From: Enterobacteria phage GEC-3S
DNA: 64,000 nt
Sequence record: HE978309
Strand: one strand, 5' to 3'
The position numbers were made by a program, and so were the translations under genes. Under the pieces are notes generated by a model. It saw nothing but the letters and a program-made list of their open reading frames with translations. It was not told where the DNA came from and did not search any database. Within the stretch, counting starts at the first letter, position 1. Every line of letters starts with the position of its first letter. Below are positions 25,753 to 34,659 of this stretch, in pieces.

Positions 25753-26212
25753 CTCGTTTTGTTAAACGTTCACGAATATCATTGAGGATACTACAAAATT
25801 CCGATTCAGTCAATATAGTCTTTAACGGATCTGTTCCACCTATACTATGACGCAATTTCTTATTTCCGGTAGCGAGTAATGCTTTACAAAATTCTGGGTT
25901 ATTCCGTGCCATCGTAACAAATGCCAGATGTACCAGTCTGTAATAATGCTCACTCATTCGATGAATCGGGCGACCCTGAAAATATAGCATGTGATTCTCT
26001 ATCTTTTCAGTCCTTCCGGTTCTTTTTGCTTTGCCACCGTGCATCAAAAAGATTTCTCTTTGTCTCTGGGGGTTCTTGAATCTTAATCCCTGTAAAAATC
26101 CTTCTGTGCTGTTAATATCGCAACCAAATAGACGGAATGGTCTTTTATTGAAATTACTCAATTCACCCGATGGATAAGGTCCACCCGCATAGATATCAAT
26201 TTCATAAGTCAT
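25733..26212 (-). CDS. NADAR (DUF1768, YbiA-like) domain protein
   Basis: 159 aa; IDIYAGG...LSNF...F..G...STEGFLQGLRF...ALLATGNKKL pattern of NADAR proteins. Confidence 0.55.
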   Translation of the reverse strand: MTYEIDIYAGGPYPSGELSNFNKRPFRLFGCDINSTEGFLQGLRFKNPQRQREIFLMHGGKAKRTGRTEKIENHMLYFQGRPIHRMSEHYYRLVHLAFVTMARNNPEFCKALLATGNKKLRHSIGGTDPLKTILTESEFCSILNDIRERLTKRGENVNS

Positions 26213-26366
26213 TGAAACTAATCTCGCTAATCAGAGAGAACGGATCATAATCGTCATTAGGAATATCGATAGTAATCGAATGAGGATTTACCCATACACC
26301 AAACTGGTCTTCTTCGGTGAATACTTCGGTATGGATTTCGTGGATGTTTACATTCATAGTTTTCAT
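26202..26366 (-). CDS. hypothetical small protein (54 aa)
   Basis: sub-60-aa ORF MKTMNVNIHEIHTEVF...; AAGGAA RBS; stop overlaps the NADAR start. Confidence 0.35.
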   Translation of the reverse strand: MKTMNVNIHEIHTEVFTEEDQFGVWVNPHSITIDIPNDDYDPFSLISEISFNDL

Positions 26367-26408
26367 AATAAAATTCCTTAATAATCAATAACTTACAAAA
26401 TCATATAG

Positions 26409-26437
26409 CCAAAATATAGGCGGGATTATTTCCCGCC
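26409..26437 (-). terminator. rho-independent terminator after gene 31
   Basis: hairpin GGCGGGAAAUAAUCCCGCC then UAUAUUUUG. Confidence 0.45.
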
Positions 26438-26449
26438 GTTTAAAAATCA

Positions 26450-26773
26450 TTAACCGTAAACTACCACAATATTCTGTTTGTGCGTTACAGTCCATTTCAG
26501 GTCGATCTCTTCTTCCTTCTTAACGCCGTTAATAACGTCTGGATGAGGAACTTTATTCATCTTTCCGTGTGGCAGTAGAACAGTTTTACCCAGCAATTCT
26601 TTATCTACAGTTTCACCAATATCAATAATCTTACCTACCAGCGGAATCTCGCCCATAGTGCGCTTTTGCTCAATAATGATCCCCATAGAGCTTTTTACTT
26701 CGGTCCCTGCGCTTTCTGCTTTAGCTTCGATAATTACATAATCACCAAGTGCTTTAGGAGTTTTAACGGTCAT
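26450..26773 (-). CDS. 31: gp31 co-chaperonin (GroES-like)
   Basis: 107 aa; LGDYVIIEAKAESAGTEV...NKVPHP... similar to T4 gp31. Confidence 0.8.
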   Translation of the reverse strand: MTVKTPKALGDYVIIEAKAESAGTEVKSSMGIIIEQKRTMGEIPLVGKIIDIGETVDKELLGKTVLLPHGKMNKVPHPDVINGVKKEEEIDLKWTVTHKQNIVVVYG

Positions 26774-26814
26774 AATTTTATTACCTCTTCAAATCAATAC
26801 AGTTTAATGATGAA

Positions 26815-27135
26815 TTATTTATAAATTTCGACGATCTGTGCTGGAGTCAGCCCGTCTACATTAATCAGACTATCAAGCCCAAAACTACGGAAACCTTCAA
26901 CTGCAATTTCATATACGGGCAAAGATGTTTCTGATTCTTTACGCGGTTTTTCTACATTAGGAACTAACCACTTTTCGTATGTTTCAAACGGCATCAGTGC
27001 CGGATCTCGCGTGGCGATCATCTCGCGGACAGTACCATCTTTCTTAGTAAACTGCAAAGAGTGAGTACCGACCGAAAACATTTTCTTTAGTGCTTCACGA
27101 ATTGCGATATTATCAATTTGTTCAGTCATTATCAA
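26815..27135 (-). CDS. hypothetical protein (106 aa)
   Basis: ORF track; between cd and 31. Confidence 0.5.
   Translation of the reverse strand: MIMTEQIDNIAIREALKKMFSVGTHSLQFTKKDGTVREMIATRDPALMPFETYEKWLVPNVEKPRKESETSLPVYEIAVEGFRSFGLDSLINVDGLTPAQIVEIYK
26816..26823 (-). promoter_or_regulatory. T4-type late promoter (TATAAATA on minus strand) upstream of gene 31
   Basis: plus-strand TATTTATA about 43 nt upstream of the gp31 ATG, overlapping the stop region of the preceding ORF. Confidence 0.4.
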
Positions 27136-27628
27136 TACCCTTCAAATCAGTCAATAATGCTTTTGGAATACGCGTAACCGTAATGTCGGCTTTATCCAAA
27201 ATATCAGCCCAATCACGCCCACCATTTCGATCATATGTGTCGCAATAATATAGATGTTTAATTCCACTGTTTGCAATTGCTTTAGCGCAATCTGGACATG
27301 GTGAAGCAGTACACCACATACTAGCGCCTTCAATCGATACACCGCTACGGGCAGCAAACAAAATAGCATTTAATTCAGCGTGGATCTCGTTTTTCTGTGA
27401 CCATGCACTATGCTCTGACCGTTTTTCAGGGATCATTTTACCTTCATCATCCAGCCAACCGCTTTTATGTGCATGACAGCTACAATTTACTTGCCCTGCT
27501 GGAGTTCCATTAAATCCAGTAGAAATGATTCGCCCGTCTTTTTCAATTAGTGCGCCTACCTTCCACGAAACGCATTTAGAGTTCTTTGCGATTAGATAGG
27601 CGATCTGCATGTAAGTTTGTGACAACAT
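27122..27628 (-). CDS. cd: dCMP deaminase
   Basis: 168 aa; HAELNAI and CTASPCPDCAKAI zinc-binding CDA motifs. Confidence 0.9.
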   Translation of the reverse strand: MLSQTYMQIAYLIAKNSKCVSWKVGALIEKDGRIISTGFNGTPAGQVNCSCHAHKSGWLDDEGKMIPEKRSEHSAWSQKNEIHAELNAILFAARSGVSIEGASMWCTASPCPDCAKAIANSGIKHLYYCDTYDRNGGRDWADILDKADITVTRIPKALLTDLKGIDND

Positions 27629-27649
27629 AATATAATCCTCACATATTAA

Positions 27650-27853
27650 TTAACCGTATACGCGAAAGTATTCTACTGATCCGTCGCTATACTGTTTTAC
27701 ATTGAATGTATTCACACCATGATTATTGCTCATAATGACATATACACTACGACGCTCATCGCTAAACGGGTTAACTGGTGCGGGTTCAATTTCAACATTA
27801 AAACCACGTTTAGCAAGTGCTTCGCCTAATTGCTTGAGTTTATCGGTAAACAT
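27650..27853 (-). CDS. hypothetical protein (67 aa)
   Basis: ORF track. Confidence 0.45.
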   Translation of the reverse strand: MFTDKLKQLGEALAKRGFNVEIEPAPVNPFSDERRSVYVIMSNNHGVNTFNVKQYSDGSVEYFRVYG

Positions 27854-28731
27854 TAAAAGTCTCCGTAGTTAACCTGAAAACATTCTACACCAATTGCGCG
27901 GTACATGTCAACCACTTGATCACGGTCATCTACTGCCAACACAACATGATAACGCGGTGCAATTTCAGAGAAGAAAATCTCTTTCTTCACTTCATGGTCA
28001 GGACGACGATCATTAGTTTCACGTTGAAAGTGATCACTAGGTTCAATACCCTGTTCACGCAGCCATTGCAGAGTATCTTCTTCGCAAACATCCTCACGCC
28101 CTGAGCATGTAATGATACGATAACCATTATCACGATACAGTTTAAGCATTTCGATCACTTGCGGACGCGGTTTATCTTCTTTGACCTTTGTCCAGTCAAA
28201 CGGATGACGACCGCCCTTATCCGCTAATGTCCCATCAATATCAAAGATCACTGCTTTCGGCAGCATGGTATTCGGTTTGTATACTTCTTGACCCATATAT
28301 TCCTGCATCAGATAAAATTGGTTGCGCAAATGAGAAAGTGGAATTGCTTTCTCTCCGCGATAGAAATTACGTTTCTTTAGTGTCTCAAATGATTCATTGA
28401 ACACTTGTTCAGTATACACCGCGTTAAATTCTTTTGCAAGTTTTTTGTAGAATACACGATGTTTTTCTTTCAGGTTAGTATCAGAGATAATGATACTTAA
28501 TCCGCGTGATAGAGTCTCACGAGCAATCATTCTCTGAATAGACTCTACCAGCTTTTCTTTTTCCTTAGTATACTTGTATTTCAAATGTGAGTCAACACCA
28601 AACAACATAAGACGAAGGTCATCACGATTCACATTACGATAATTACTAAACCGTTTACATGTCTCCATAGCCCATGTAGTTTTACCGGACCCAGAACAAC
28701 CAACGGTTAAAATCACTTCACATTTCGGCAT
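27853..28731 (-). CDS. pseT: polynucleotide 5'-kinase/3'-phosphatase
   Basis: ORF track 27853..28752; P-loop GCSGSGKTT near N-terminus and HAD motif FDIDGT in C-terminal half. Confidence 0.85.
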   Translation of the reverse strand: MPKCEVILTVGCSGSGKTTWAMETCKRFSNYRNVNRDDLRLMLFGVDSHLKYKYTKEKEKLVESIQRMIARETLSRGLSIIISDTNLKEKHRVFYKKLAKEFNAVYTEQVFNESFETLKKRNFYRGEKAIPLSHLRNQFYLMQEYMGQEVYKPNTMLPKAVIFDIDGTLADKGGRHPFDWTKVKEDKPRPQVIEMLKLYRDNGYRIITCSGREDVCEEDTLQWLREQGIEPSDHFQRETNDRRPDHEVKKEIFFSEIAPRYHVVLAVDDRDQVVDMYRAIGVECFQVNYGDF

Positions 28732-29183
28732 TATTTCTCCTTCGGTTTGCACCGTTCCTCATTAAGTTCTTTGCGATAATAACACATGATCAACTTACTT
28801 TCAAGTGTATATCTCTTAATATCCGCAAGCCAGACTCTGAATTTTTGGGAGTCCTCCCACGACATAGAAACTCTAGGTTTACCGTCTATTGTATCCACTT
28901 TCAGGTCAATGTCAACTTTTTCTATTGGTGCTGGTAGTGGAGGATGTAATTTCGGTTCTTGTGAATAATGGTCCATTGTACACGAAGAAAGCACAAATAC
29001 AATAGGCACAGCGAAGACATGGATTATGGAGGTCTGAAAATTCTTGTGTACTTTCTTAAACATCCAGTGTATCACGAAAATTGAAAACACCATCAGAATA
29101 ATAATGCTTGCACCTATCCACAAATAATCAACCAGATTAAAATTGCTTATCTGCTCTTGCGTAGGCAATATTTCTATGCTCAT
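28731..29183 (-). CDS. o-spanin (outer-membrane lipoprotein), start uncertain
   Basis: lipobox VFVLSSC after a hydrophobic segment, Pro-rich mature region; probable start near 29063 (MFKKVHK...); adjacent to pseT as T4 pseT.2. Confidence 0.55.
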   Translation of the reverse strand: MSIEILPTQEQISNFNLVDYLWIGASIIILMVFSIFVIHWMFKKVHKNFQTSIIHVFAVPIVFVLSSCTMDHYSQEPKLHPPLPAPIEKVDIDLKVDTIDGKPRVSMSWEDSQKFRVWLADIKRYTLESKLIMCYYRKELNEERCKPKEK

Positions 29184-29503
29184 TTAGTAGCCTCCTTTAA
29201 TTCTTCGGTAAACTCCTTAAATGAGTCATTAAGCTGTTTCTCTACCAACTTGGGTTTTTGTGCTACTACATAGCCTCGTGTAGCGTCTTTCATTGCTTTG
29301 TTTTGTTCTTCTGCAAACTTAGTTCTTATTCCGTACATCTCCTTTTGCAGCGAGTCTACAATCTTCATCTTTTCATCTGTCTTTTTCTTATACTCTGTAA
29401 ATTCCTGATTCAGTCGATCTACCTCCTTTTTATTTTCCCACCACATATTTCCACCTACCCCCAGCAACACAGAGATGATAACAATGTATATCAGCTTTGA
29501 CAT
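29180..29503 (-). CDS. i-spanin (N-terminal TM plus coiled coil)
   Basis: ORF track 29180..29554; start MSKLIYIVIISVLLGV with GGGGGT RBS; position as T4 pseT.3. Confidence 0.55.
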   Translation of the reverse strand: MSKLIYIVIISVLLGVGGNMWWENKKEVDRLNQEFTEYKKKTDEKMKIVDSLQKEMYGIRTKFAEEQNKAMKDATRGYVVAQKPKLVEKQLNDSFKEFTEELKEATK

Positions 29504-29513
29504 ATTACCCCCA

Positions 29514-29541
29514 ACGACAAAAGGCGGGGAACTAGCCCCGC
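29514..29541 (-). terminator. rho-independent terminator after rnlA
   Basis: hairpin GCGGGGCUAGUUCCCCGC then CUUUUGUCG. Confidence 0.4.
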
Positions 29542-29547
29542 TTATTA

Positions 29548-30717
29548 TTACCAATCAATCTTATCTGCCGGAATCAGTTTCTTATAATTCCGTAGATAGT
29601 AAGTTTTCATTGAATCCAGAATACGGTCATAATCAAGACCATCGAATGCAATCATCAGACACATGAAAATATATGCTTGTGCATCACCATGTTTACGCGA
29701 TTCGATAGTCGCATTGGATGCATATGTCTTTCTGTCTTCTCCCGCGTGTTCGTTATAAAACTCTGTTGCTGTCGTAAAGGCATTGCGAAGAATAGACCTG
29801 AATGCTTCCTCGAATAACTCGATTCGTTCCAGTGCTTCCGGTTCGCCTTCATATGCAGCACGCAAATCATCGGTTTCGCTTTCTACGACATAGTAGATCA
29901 GGTTATTAGGAAACATCGATGTGTTTTTAATGTTATGCACACCAATATACCATTCACTCTTCACTTTGAACAGTTGACCGTCTTTAGTGCGTGCAACAAT
30001 TCCTTCGATACCTTCTGCGGTCCGAACTTCATCAAGAATATTGCTAAAACGCGCTGAATCAACCTGTAACGCATTTACCAGATGAGGACGTAGGATTGAA
30101 TCGGCGAATAGCATTTGATGCGGTACATACTCTCCTGTGACGTTATGGCGTACATTCAGAAGTGTTAGCGACGGTTCAGAATATTCTACAACAATTCGGT
30201 TGCTGGGTGCTGTATATTCAAAGTTGAAAGTATAATCAGACCCAATATCGGCGATCTTAGCGCGTAGATCCGCATACTTCTCGGAATACAGAAGACCGTT
30301 TGCTCTCTCTGCCTGGCTTGAGTATAAGGCCGCTTTAGACTTCAACTGAACATAGCCGTTATCAATGTATGTGCTTACTAGACTACCGTCCATTTTGTCC
30401 ATGACCATTTCCACATCTTCCGGCTTAAAGCGAGCGCGATCATTCTCACCTAAATTAAAAAACTTCTCCATAGGACGAGATGCAATGCGGACCGGACTAC
30501 CTTTATCGTCAATTTCAAACATGATCCCGCGACACTCTAACGCATCTGGTTTATTCCACATTTCCGGTTTGCTCAAGTACAGATAACTAAAAATGCGCAT
30601 ACGGGTTTGCATCGCCGTAATTTCATCTTTGTAATAGAACGTATCAGATCCGTCACATAGTGCCATCAGATTTTTGAACAATGCTAAAACTTTTTTGTTG
30701 TTTTCTTTTGTTGACAT
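29548..30717 (-). CDS. rnlA: RNA ligase 1
   Basis: 389 aa; LECRGIMFE...VRIASRPMEKFFNL matches T4 gp63/Rnl1. Confidence 0.9.
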   Translation of the reverse strand: MSTKENNKKVLALFKNLMALCDGSDTFYYKDEITAMQTRMRIFSYLYLSKPEMWNKPDALECRGIMFEIDDKGSPVRIASRPMEKFFNLGENDRARFKPEDVEMVMDKMDGSLVSTYIDNGYVQLKSKAALYSSQAERANGLLYSEKYADLRAKIADIGSDYTFNFEYTAPSNRIVVEYSEPSLTLLNVRHNVTGEYVPHQMLFADSILRPHLVNALQVDSARFSNILDEVRTAEGIEGIVARTKDGQLFKVKSEWYIGVHNIKNTSMFPNNLIYYVVESETDDLRAAYEGEPEALERIELFEEAFRSILRNAFTTATEFYNEHAGEDRKTYASNATIESRKHGDAQAYIFMCLMIAFDGLDYDRILDSMKTYYLRNYKKLIPADKIDW

Positions 30718-31114
30718 AATTTGTGTTCCATTCTGGTTTAAATTTGGTGATCAAAACAGGTTCTTCGATATCGGCAGTGCTTATAATATCCTTACCCGTT
30801 GGATTCTCAATATATAACTCAAAGCACTGGCGGTAATAGAATGTTACTGTCTTACCTTCCTCTAGCGCCTTATGAATATTCTTACTCTTGCGAGTATCCG
30901 CTGTTGGTGTTTGTCTGTTAATGCTAGTCCGGTAATAATTGATCCGCTTTCTGAGATTGACAGTCTGACCAATGTATACCAGTTCATTATCAACCGCAAT
31001 AGCGTAAAGAACATTTAAACGGTTCTTCTGAGGCGGTAGAATAACGTCACCATCTTTACACTCTAAACATGAATATTTAACGAATCCATAGTTTTCTATT
31101 AGCTCATTAATCAT
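30653..31114 (-). CDS. denA: endonuclease II (GIY-YIG)
   Basis: 153 aa; VLYAIAVDNELVYIGQTVNLRKRINYYR matches T4 DenA. Confidence 0.85.
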   Translation of the reverse strand: MINELIENYGFVKYSCLECKDGDVILPPQKNRLNVLYAIAVDNELVYIGQTVNLRKRINYYRTSINRQTPTADTRKSKNIHKALEEGKTVTFYYRQCFELYIENPTGKDIISTADIEEPVLITKFKPEWNTNYVNKRKQQKSFSIVQKSDGTM

Positions 31115-31129
31115 TATCCTTTCCTCACG

Positions 31130-31157
31130 TCACAACAAAGGCGGGATTTCTCCCGCC
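31130..31157 (-). terminator. rho-independent terminator
   Basis: hairpin GGCGGGA-GAAA-UCCCGCC (GNRA loop) then UUUGUUGU. Confidence 0.45.
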
Positions 31158-31164
31158 CACCTTA

Positions 31165-31563
31165 TTAACTTTCCAGAATATCGCGAGCTTCGTTACGCTC
31201 CTTGATGATTTTCAGGACAAATTCCAGTTTTTCTTTGTTTAGTGTTCCGTTTTCCATTGCTTCTTTGACGGTAAACACTCCGCCACCTTGCCCGTATACA
31301 GTGACAGTGATTTCACCTAACATCGTGGTATGAAAACCGCCAATTTTCGGTGATTCGAAAGAAACAATTACCTCGCGGACAGTATTACCGTCGTTGATTT
31401 CTGAGAGGGTAATGTCGTTTTTGTAGGCGGTTGCTTTAACCATACGGATCAGCATAGTCTGATCTGGGGAGATGGTCATTTTGTCCATTGCATGTTGCAA
31501 TGCAGCGTAACCGAAAACTTTAACGAAGTCCAGAACGTCTTTGCGAGTTTGAAATTTAATCAT
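31165..31563 (-). CDS. hypothetical protein (132 aa)
   Basis: ORF track; own promoter cassette. Confidence 0.5.
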   Translation of the reverse strand: MIKFQTRKDVLDFVKVFGYAALQHAMDKMTISPDQTMLIRMVKATAYKNDITLSEINDGNTVREVIVSFESPKIGGFHTTMLGEITVTVYGQGGGVFTVKEAMENGTLNKEKLEFVLKIIKERNEARDILES

Positions 31564-31593
31564 CTTGATACTCCTTAGTTGTTTTAGTATTGG

Positions 31594-31635
31594 AGTATCT
31601 TACTACTCCCGTGATATGCTGTCAACTGCTTTTTT
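31594..31635 (-). promoter_or_regulatory. early promoter cassette (PeSL-like)
   Basis: TTGACA, spacer with GGGAGTAGTAAGATACTCC hairpin. Confidence 0.5.
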
Positions 31636-31783
31636 ATGCAACCGCAAACATCAACATTTGAACATTCTTGGCTGTCTGGCTTTCAAAGTTCTGACATTCT
31701 TTGATAATGTCCTCTACTTTCTCTCCGGAGATCTCCGCGTAAGTTTCGATTGCCATTTTCAGTACCGCGTCAAAGTTGTTCAT
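31634..31783 (-). CDS. hypothetical small protein (49 aa)
   Basis: sub-60-aa ORF MNNFDAVLKMAIETYAEISGEK...; AAGGAGAATCAA RBS. Confidence 0.4.
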   Translation of the reverse strand: MNNFDAVLKMAIETYAEISGEKVEDIIKECQNFESQTAKNVQMLMFAVA

Positions 31784-31818
31784 TTGATTCTCCTTAAAGT
31801 GTATTTCGTTTCGATGGG

Positions 31819-31860
31819 GGTATATTAATACCCCCGTTATTCAGTGTCAACTACTTTTTA
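31819..31860 (-). promoter_or_regulatory. early promoter cassette (PeSL-like)
   Basis: TTGACA; hairpin GGGGGTAT-TAAT-ATACCCCC over the -10 region. Confidence 0.5.
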
Positions 31861-32069
31861 ATGACAAGTTCGAATTTTGCTACCTTGCGTCCGCGTTTAT
31901 TGAAAGCAACCCACGGACGGTTTTCAATGTAGAACAATTCTTCGCCAATAATGAATACTGGCTGATTGTAAAGTCGACCCATCAGGTCACGTTGACGAAT
32001 AGTAGTAGATTCGTATACTTCGCCCACTACAAAGTGTTTGTTGATAGAGTCGGTGCAAATAAATTTCAT
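31851..32069 (-). CDS. hypothetical protein (72 aa)
   Basis: ORF track; AGGAGAATCAAA RBS. Confidence 0.5.
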   Translation of the reverse strand: MKFICTDSINKHFVVGEVYESTTIRQRDLMGRLYNQPVFIIGEELFYIENRPWVAFNKRGRKVAKFELVIKK

Positions 32070-32096
32070 TTTGATTCTCCTTTGTTTCTTGGTGGG

Positions 32097-32138
32097 GTAT
32101 ATTACTACCCCCGTTATTCAGTGTAAACTACTTTTTAC
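32097..32138 (-). promoter_or_regulatory. early promoter cassette (PeSL-like)
   Basis: GTTTACA -35 (T4-type), hairpin GGGGGTAGTAATATACCCC. Confidence 0.5.
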
Positions 32139-32353
32139 TTGTTGTATTCATTCCACCATTGGGTGAGCTTATCAATTATTTTTGTGTTTCTATCCAACTT
32201 ATCCCACCGTTTTCGAGGGTTTATCAACCGGAATAGGTAAGGTGTACTTGTTAAGTGAACTCGGTCAATATAGTGATTGATGTACTGCTTTTCGATTCTA
32301 AGTTTCATCTTTTTACGATGAAAATATGCAATAACTTGTTCTTCTGTTTCCAT
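32135..32353 (-). CDS. hypothetical protein (72 aa)
   Basis: ORF track; GGAGGAACAT RBS. Confidence 0.5.
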   Translation of the reverse strand: METEEQVIAYFHRKKMKLRIEKQYINHYIDRVHLTSTPYLFRLINPRKRWDKLDRNTKIIDKLTQWWNEYNK

Positions 32354-32374
32354 ATGTTCCTCCGTCTCGATGTG

Positions 32375-32416
32375 CGTATTATGCTATGGTAAGATCCGAT
32401 TGTCAACACCCAATAA
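32375..32416 (-). promoter_or_regulatory. early promoter (sigma70-like)
   Basis: TTGACA, about 17 nt, CATAAT; immediately follows a terminator hairpin. Confidence 0.5.
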
Positions 32417-32442
32417 CAAAAAAGTCGCCACTATGGGCGACT
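32412..32442 (-). terminator. rho-independent terminator
   Basis: hairpin AGUCGCCC-AUAGU-GGCGACU then UUUUUUGUUAUU. Confidence 0.5.
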
Positions 32443-32453
32443 TTGAACAAACA

Positions 32454-32930
32454 TTAATCATGACCGTGATTTGCAATATCCGCTCGCGTCTTATCTTTGT
32501 GATTTCCTACGTCAAAAACACGATAACCATTTTCACGCAAAACTTTAATCACTTCTGGGTTATCCTCAAAGACTCCGACAACTTCATCTTTATCAAAGGA
32601 TTTAATTACCTCTAATTTGATGTGATAGTCTTTACGGGAGTCTGTGCGGCCTCTCATAAAGATTTTATCAAAACACACCCCGTTAGAAATTAACCAATCA
32701 ATTGTTTCCATGTAAGCATGTGAACTTCGTCCGGTGAGGATGTAAATCAAATGCCCGTTATCGGAAAGAGCATTAATAACACGAATTACATCGTAAATGG
32801 GGGAATCTCCCCCACATGCCTTGTTATATTCGATCCATGACTCAACTTTATCAAGATTTTCGGTTGGCATCTTTGTTAGTCGATGTGTTGGATCTGTGAT
32901 CGTAAAATCTAAATCGACAAAATATATCAT
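32454..32930 (-). CDS. HAD-superfamily phosphatase (possible deoxynucleotidase)
   Basis: 158 aa; motif I FVDLDFT, motif II ILTGR, acidic motif FEDNPE. Confidence 0.5.
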   Translation of the reverse strand: MIYFVDLDFTITDPTHRLTKMPTENLDKVESWIEYNKACGGDSPIYDVIRVINALSDNGHLIYILTGRSSHAYMETIDWLISNGVCFDKIFMRGRTDSRKDYHIKLEVIKSFDKDEVVGVFEDNPEVIKVLRENGYRVFDVGNHKDKTRADIANHGHD

Positions 32931-34087
32931 AGATATTTCCCGAATCGGTTGTAGTCATCGTCTGTTAAATCGGTATTAACCTGAGATACCAGATACATAA
33001 TCTCTACTTCCTGCGCTGCATTCTGTACTTCGTCAGAGTTCAACCATTTACGCATCCACGGTAACGGATGACGACGAACACTAAACGGGCTTTTCAGTCC
33101 GGCAGCACGCATACGGGAATCTGCCAGGTATTCTACATAGGTTTTCAGAATTTCCGGTGACAGGTTAGGAATTGCCCCCATTGCGAATAGGTGGTCTACC
33201 CATTCTTTTTCTTGCTCGACAACATCCAGAAAGATTTTCGTTGCTTCGCCTTCAAGTTCTTCCGCAATCTGTTTCCACTCATCACCATCAACCCCCGTTT
33301 GCCATTGACGAATAATGTATTGTGTGCCTTTTAAGTGAAGTTGTTCATCACGCGCAATAAATTTCATGATCTTCGCGTTACCTTCCAGTAAACCACGTTC
33401 GGCAAAGCTGAAAGTACATGCAAAGGACACATAAAAACGAATTGCTTCCAGTGCATTGACGCAGTGTGCACACAGATAAATCGAAGCCATCAGATCTCGT
33501 TTTGTATCTTCAAAAAATCTTCTTGCATCATCTAATGCTGTCTGGTCGTCTCGTTCTTCCCAATAGCGGAGATCTTCTTTTGCATTCTCATACTTACGAA
33601 TCCAATAAAGAACATCATCATAATATTTCCCGATAGATTCCGCTCGCTTCATGATAGCAGGGTTATCGATGATCTGGTCGAACTCACTAGCCGGATCAAT
33701 GAAACAGTTACGCATAATGTGTGTATAGCTTCGGCTATGAATCGTTTCGCTGAATGTCCATGTTTGCAACCATGTATCGAGAGTTGGATCAGATACAATT
33801 GGACCAAATGCTGCGGACGGTGCGCGTCCTTGAATAGAATCAAGTAATGTCTGATACTTCAAATTTTCGGTAAAGAAACGCTTTTCAACGTCACCCATAT
33901 TAAGATATTGAATGCGGTCGGTTGCAAGTGAAATTTCTTCGGGGCGCCAAAAAAATGACAATTGCTTTTCGATCAGTTCTTCAAATACTTGATGACGCTG
34001 AATATCATAGCGAGCGATACCCAACCCACTACCCAGAAACATTGGTTCGTTCATAATATCAACATGTTCGCGGTTAAATACGCTCAT
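32927..34087 (-). CDS. nrdB: ribonucleotide reductase small subunit
   Basis: 386 aa; ferritin-like di-iron motifs; uninterrupted ORF. Confidence 0.9.
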   Translation of the reverse strand: MSVFNREHVDIMNEPMFLGSGLGIARYDIQRHQVFEELIEKQLSFFWRPEEISLATDRIQYLNMGDVEKRFFTENLKYQTLLDSIQGRAPSAAFGPIVSDPTLDTWLQTWTFSETIHSRSYTHIMRNCFIDPASEFDQIIDNPAIMKRAESIGKYYDDVLYWIRKYENAKEDLRYWEERDDQTALDDARRFFEDTKRDLMASIYLCAHCVNALEAIRFYVSFACTFSFAERGLLEGNAKIMKFIARDEQLHLKGTQYIIRQWQTGVDGDEWKQIAEELEGEATKIFLDVVEQEKEWVDHLFAMGAIPNLSPEILKTYVEYLADSRMRAAGLKSPFSVRRHPLPWMRKWLNSDEVQNAAQEVEIMYLVSQVNTDLTDDDYNRFGKYL

Positions 34088-34102
34088 TAATTCACCTCAC
34101 TA

Positions 34103-34270
34103 TCACTTTTTAACACAAAAGAACTTAGTATTTCTGTTAACTTCGCTATCCTGCTGCAATTCCTGCACAGCTTCAAAACAATTTTGATATGATGAAAACT
34201 CTACGCTGGTAACAGTTCCTTTATTATATACGCCTACGCTAACGGAAAGCAATAACCATAATGTAGCCAT
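34103..34270 (-). CDS. small hydrophobic N-terminus protein, tandem paralog 1 (55 aa)
   Basis: MATLWLLLSVSVGVYNKG...; AAGGTGA RBS; TAATG stop-start overlap with paralog 2. Confidence 0.4.
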   Translation of the reverse strand: MATLWLLLSVSVGVYNKGTVTSVEFSSYQNCFEAVQELQQDSEVNRNTKFFCVKK

Positions 34271-34443
34271 TAGTTCACCTTTTGTTTTTCAACGCAATAT
34301 AGATTCATAAAGCGTTTATTGTCTTCGCGGATAATCTCGCGAGCTTTAACGCAATCCTGCTTTGTTGCAAATTCAATGCTTGACATATTTCCGTAATTAT
34401 ACATTGAATTGCTGATTGCAATCAATAACCATACAGTAGCCAT
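34270..34443 (-). CDS. small hydrophobic N-terminus protein, tandem paralog 2 (57 aa)
   Basis: MATVWLLIAISNSMYNYG...; TAATG stop-start overlap with upstream ORF. Confidence 0.4.
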   Translation of the reverse strand: MATVWLLIAISNSMYNYGNMSSIEFATKQDCVKAREIIREDNKRFMNLYCVEKQKVN

Positions 34444-34631
34444 TATTCGACAACCTCAAAGCATTTATCATCAGGAAGAATAGCCCATTCTATGCCGTAT
34501 TCATCCTCAACGTAGTAGCAAGCCCCATCATGTCGAGCATCATATTCATCACGTCGAGCATCATATACATCACCGACAACAAAGCTATCAGCTAGCTCAA
34601 AATCTACAGCAACACATTTTAATTTGGTCAT
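34443..34631 (-). CDS. hypothetical acidic protein (62 aa)
   Basis: ORF track 34443..34694; start MTKLKCVAV with GTGAGGAT RBS. Confidence 0.45.
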   Translation of the reverse strand: MTKLKCVAVDFELADSFVVGDVYDARRDEYDARHDGACYYVEDEYGIEWAILPDDKCFEVVE

Positions 34632-34659
34632 AATAAAATCCTCACTTGTTTTTGATGGT

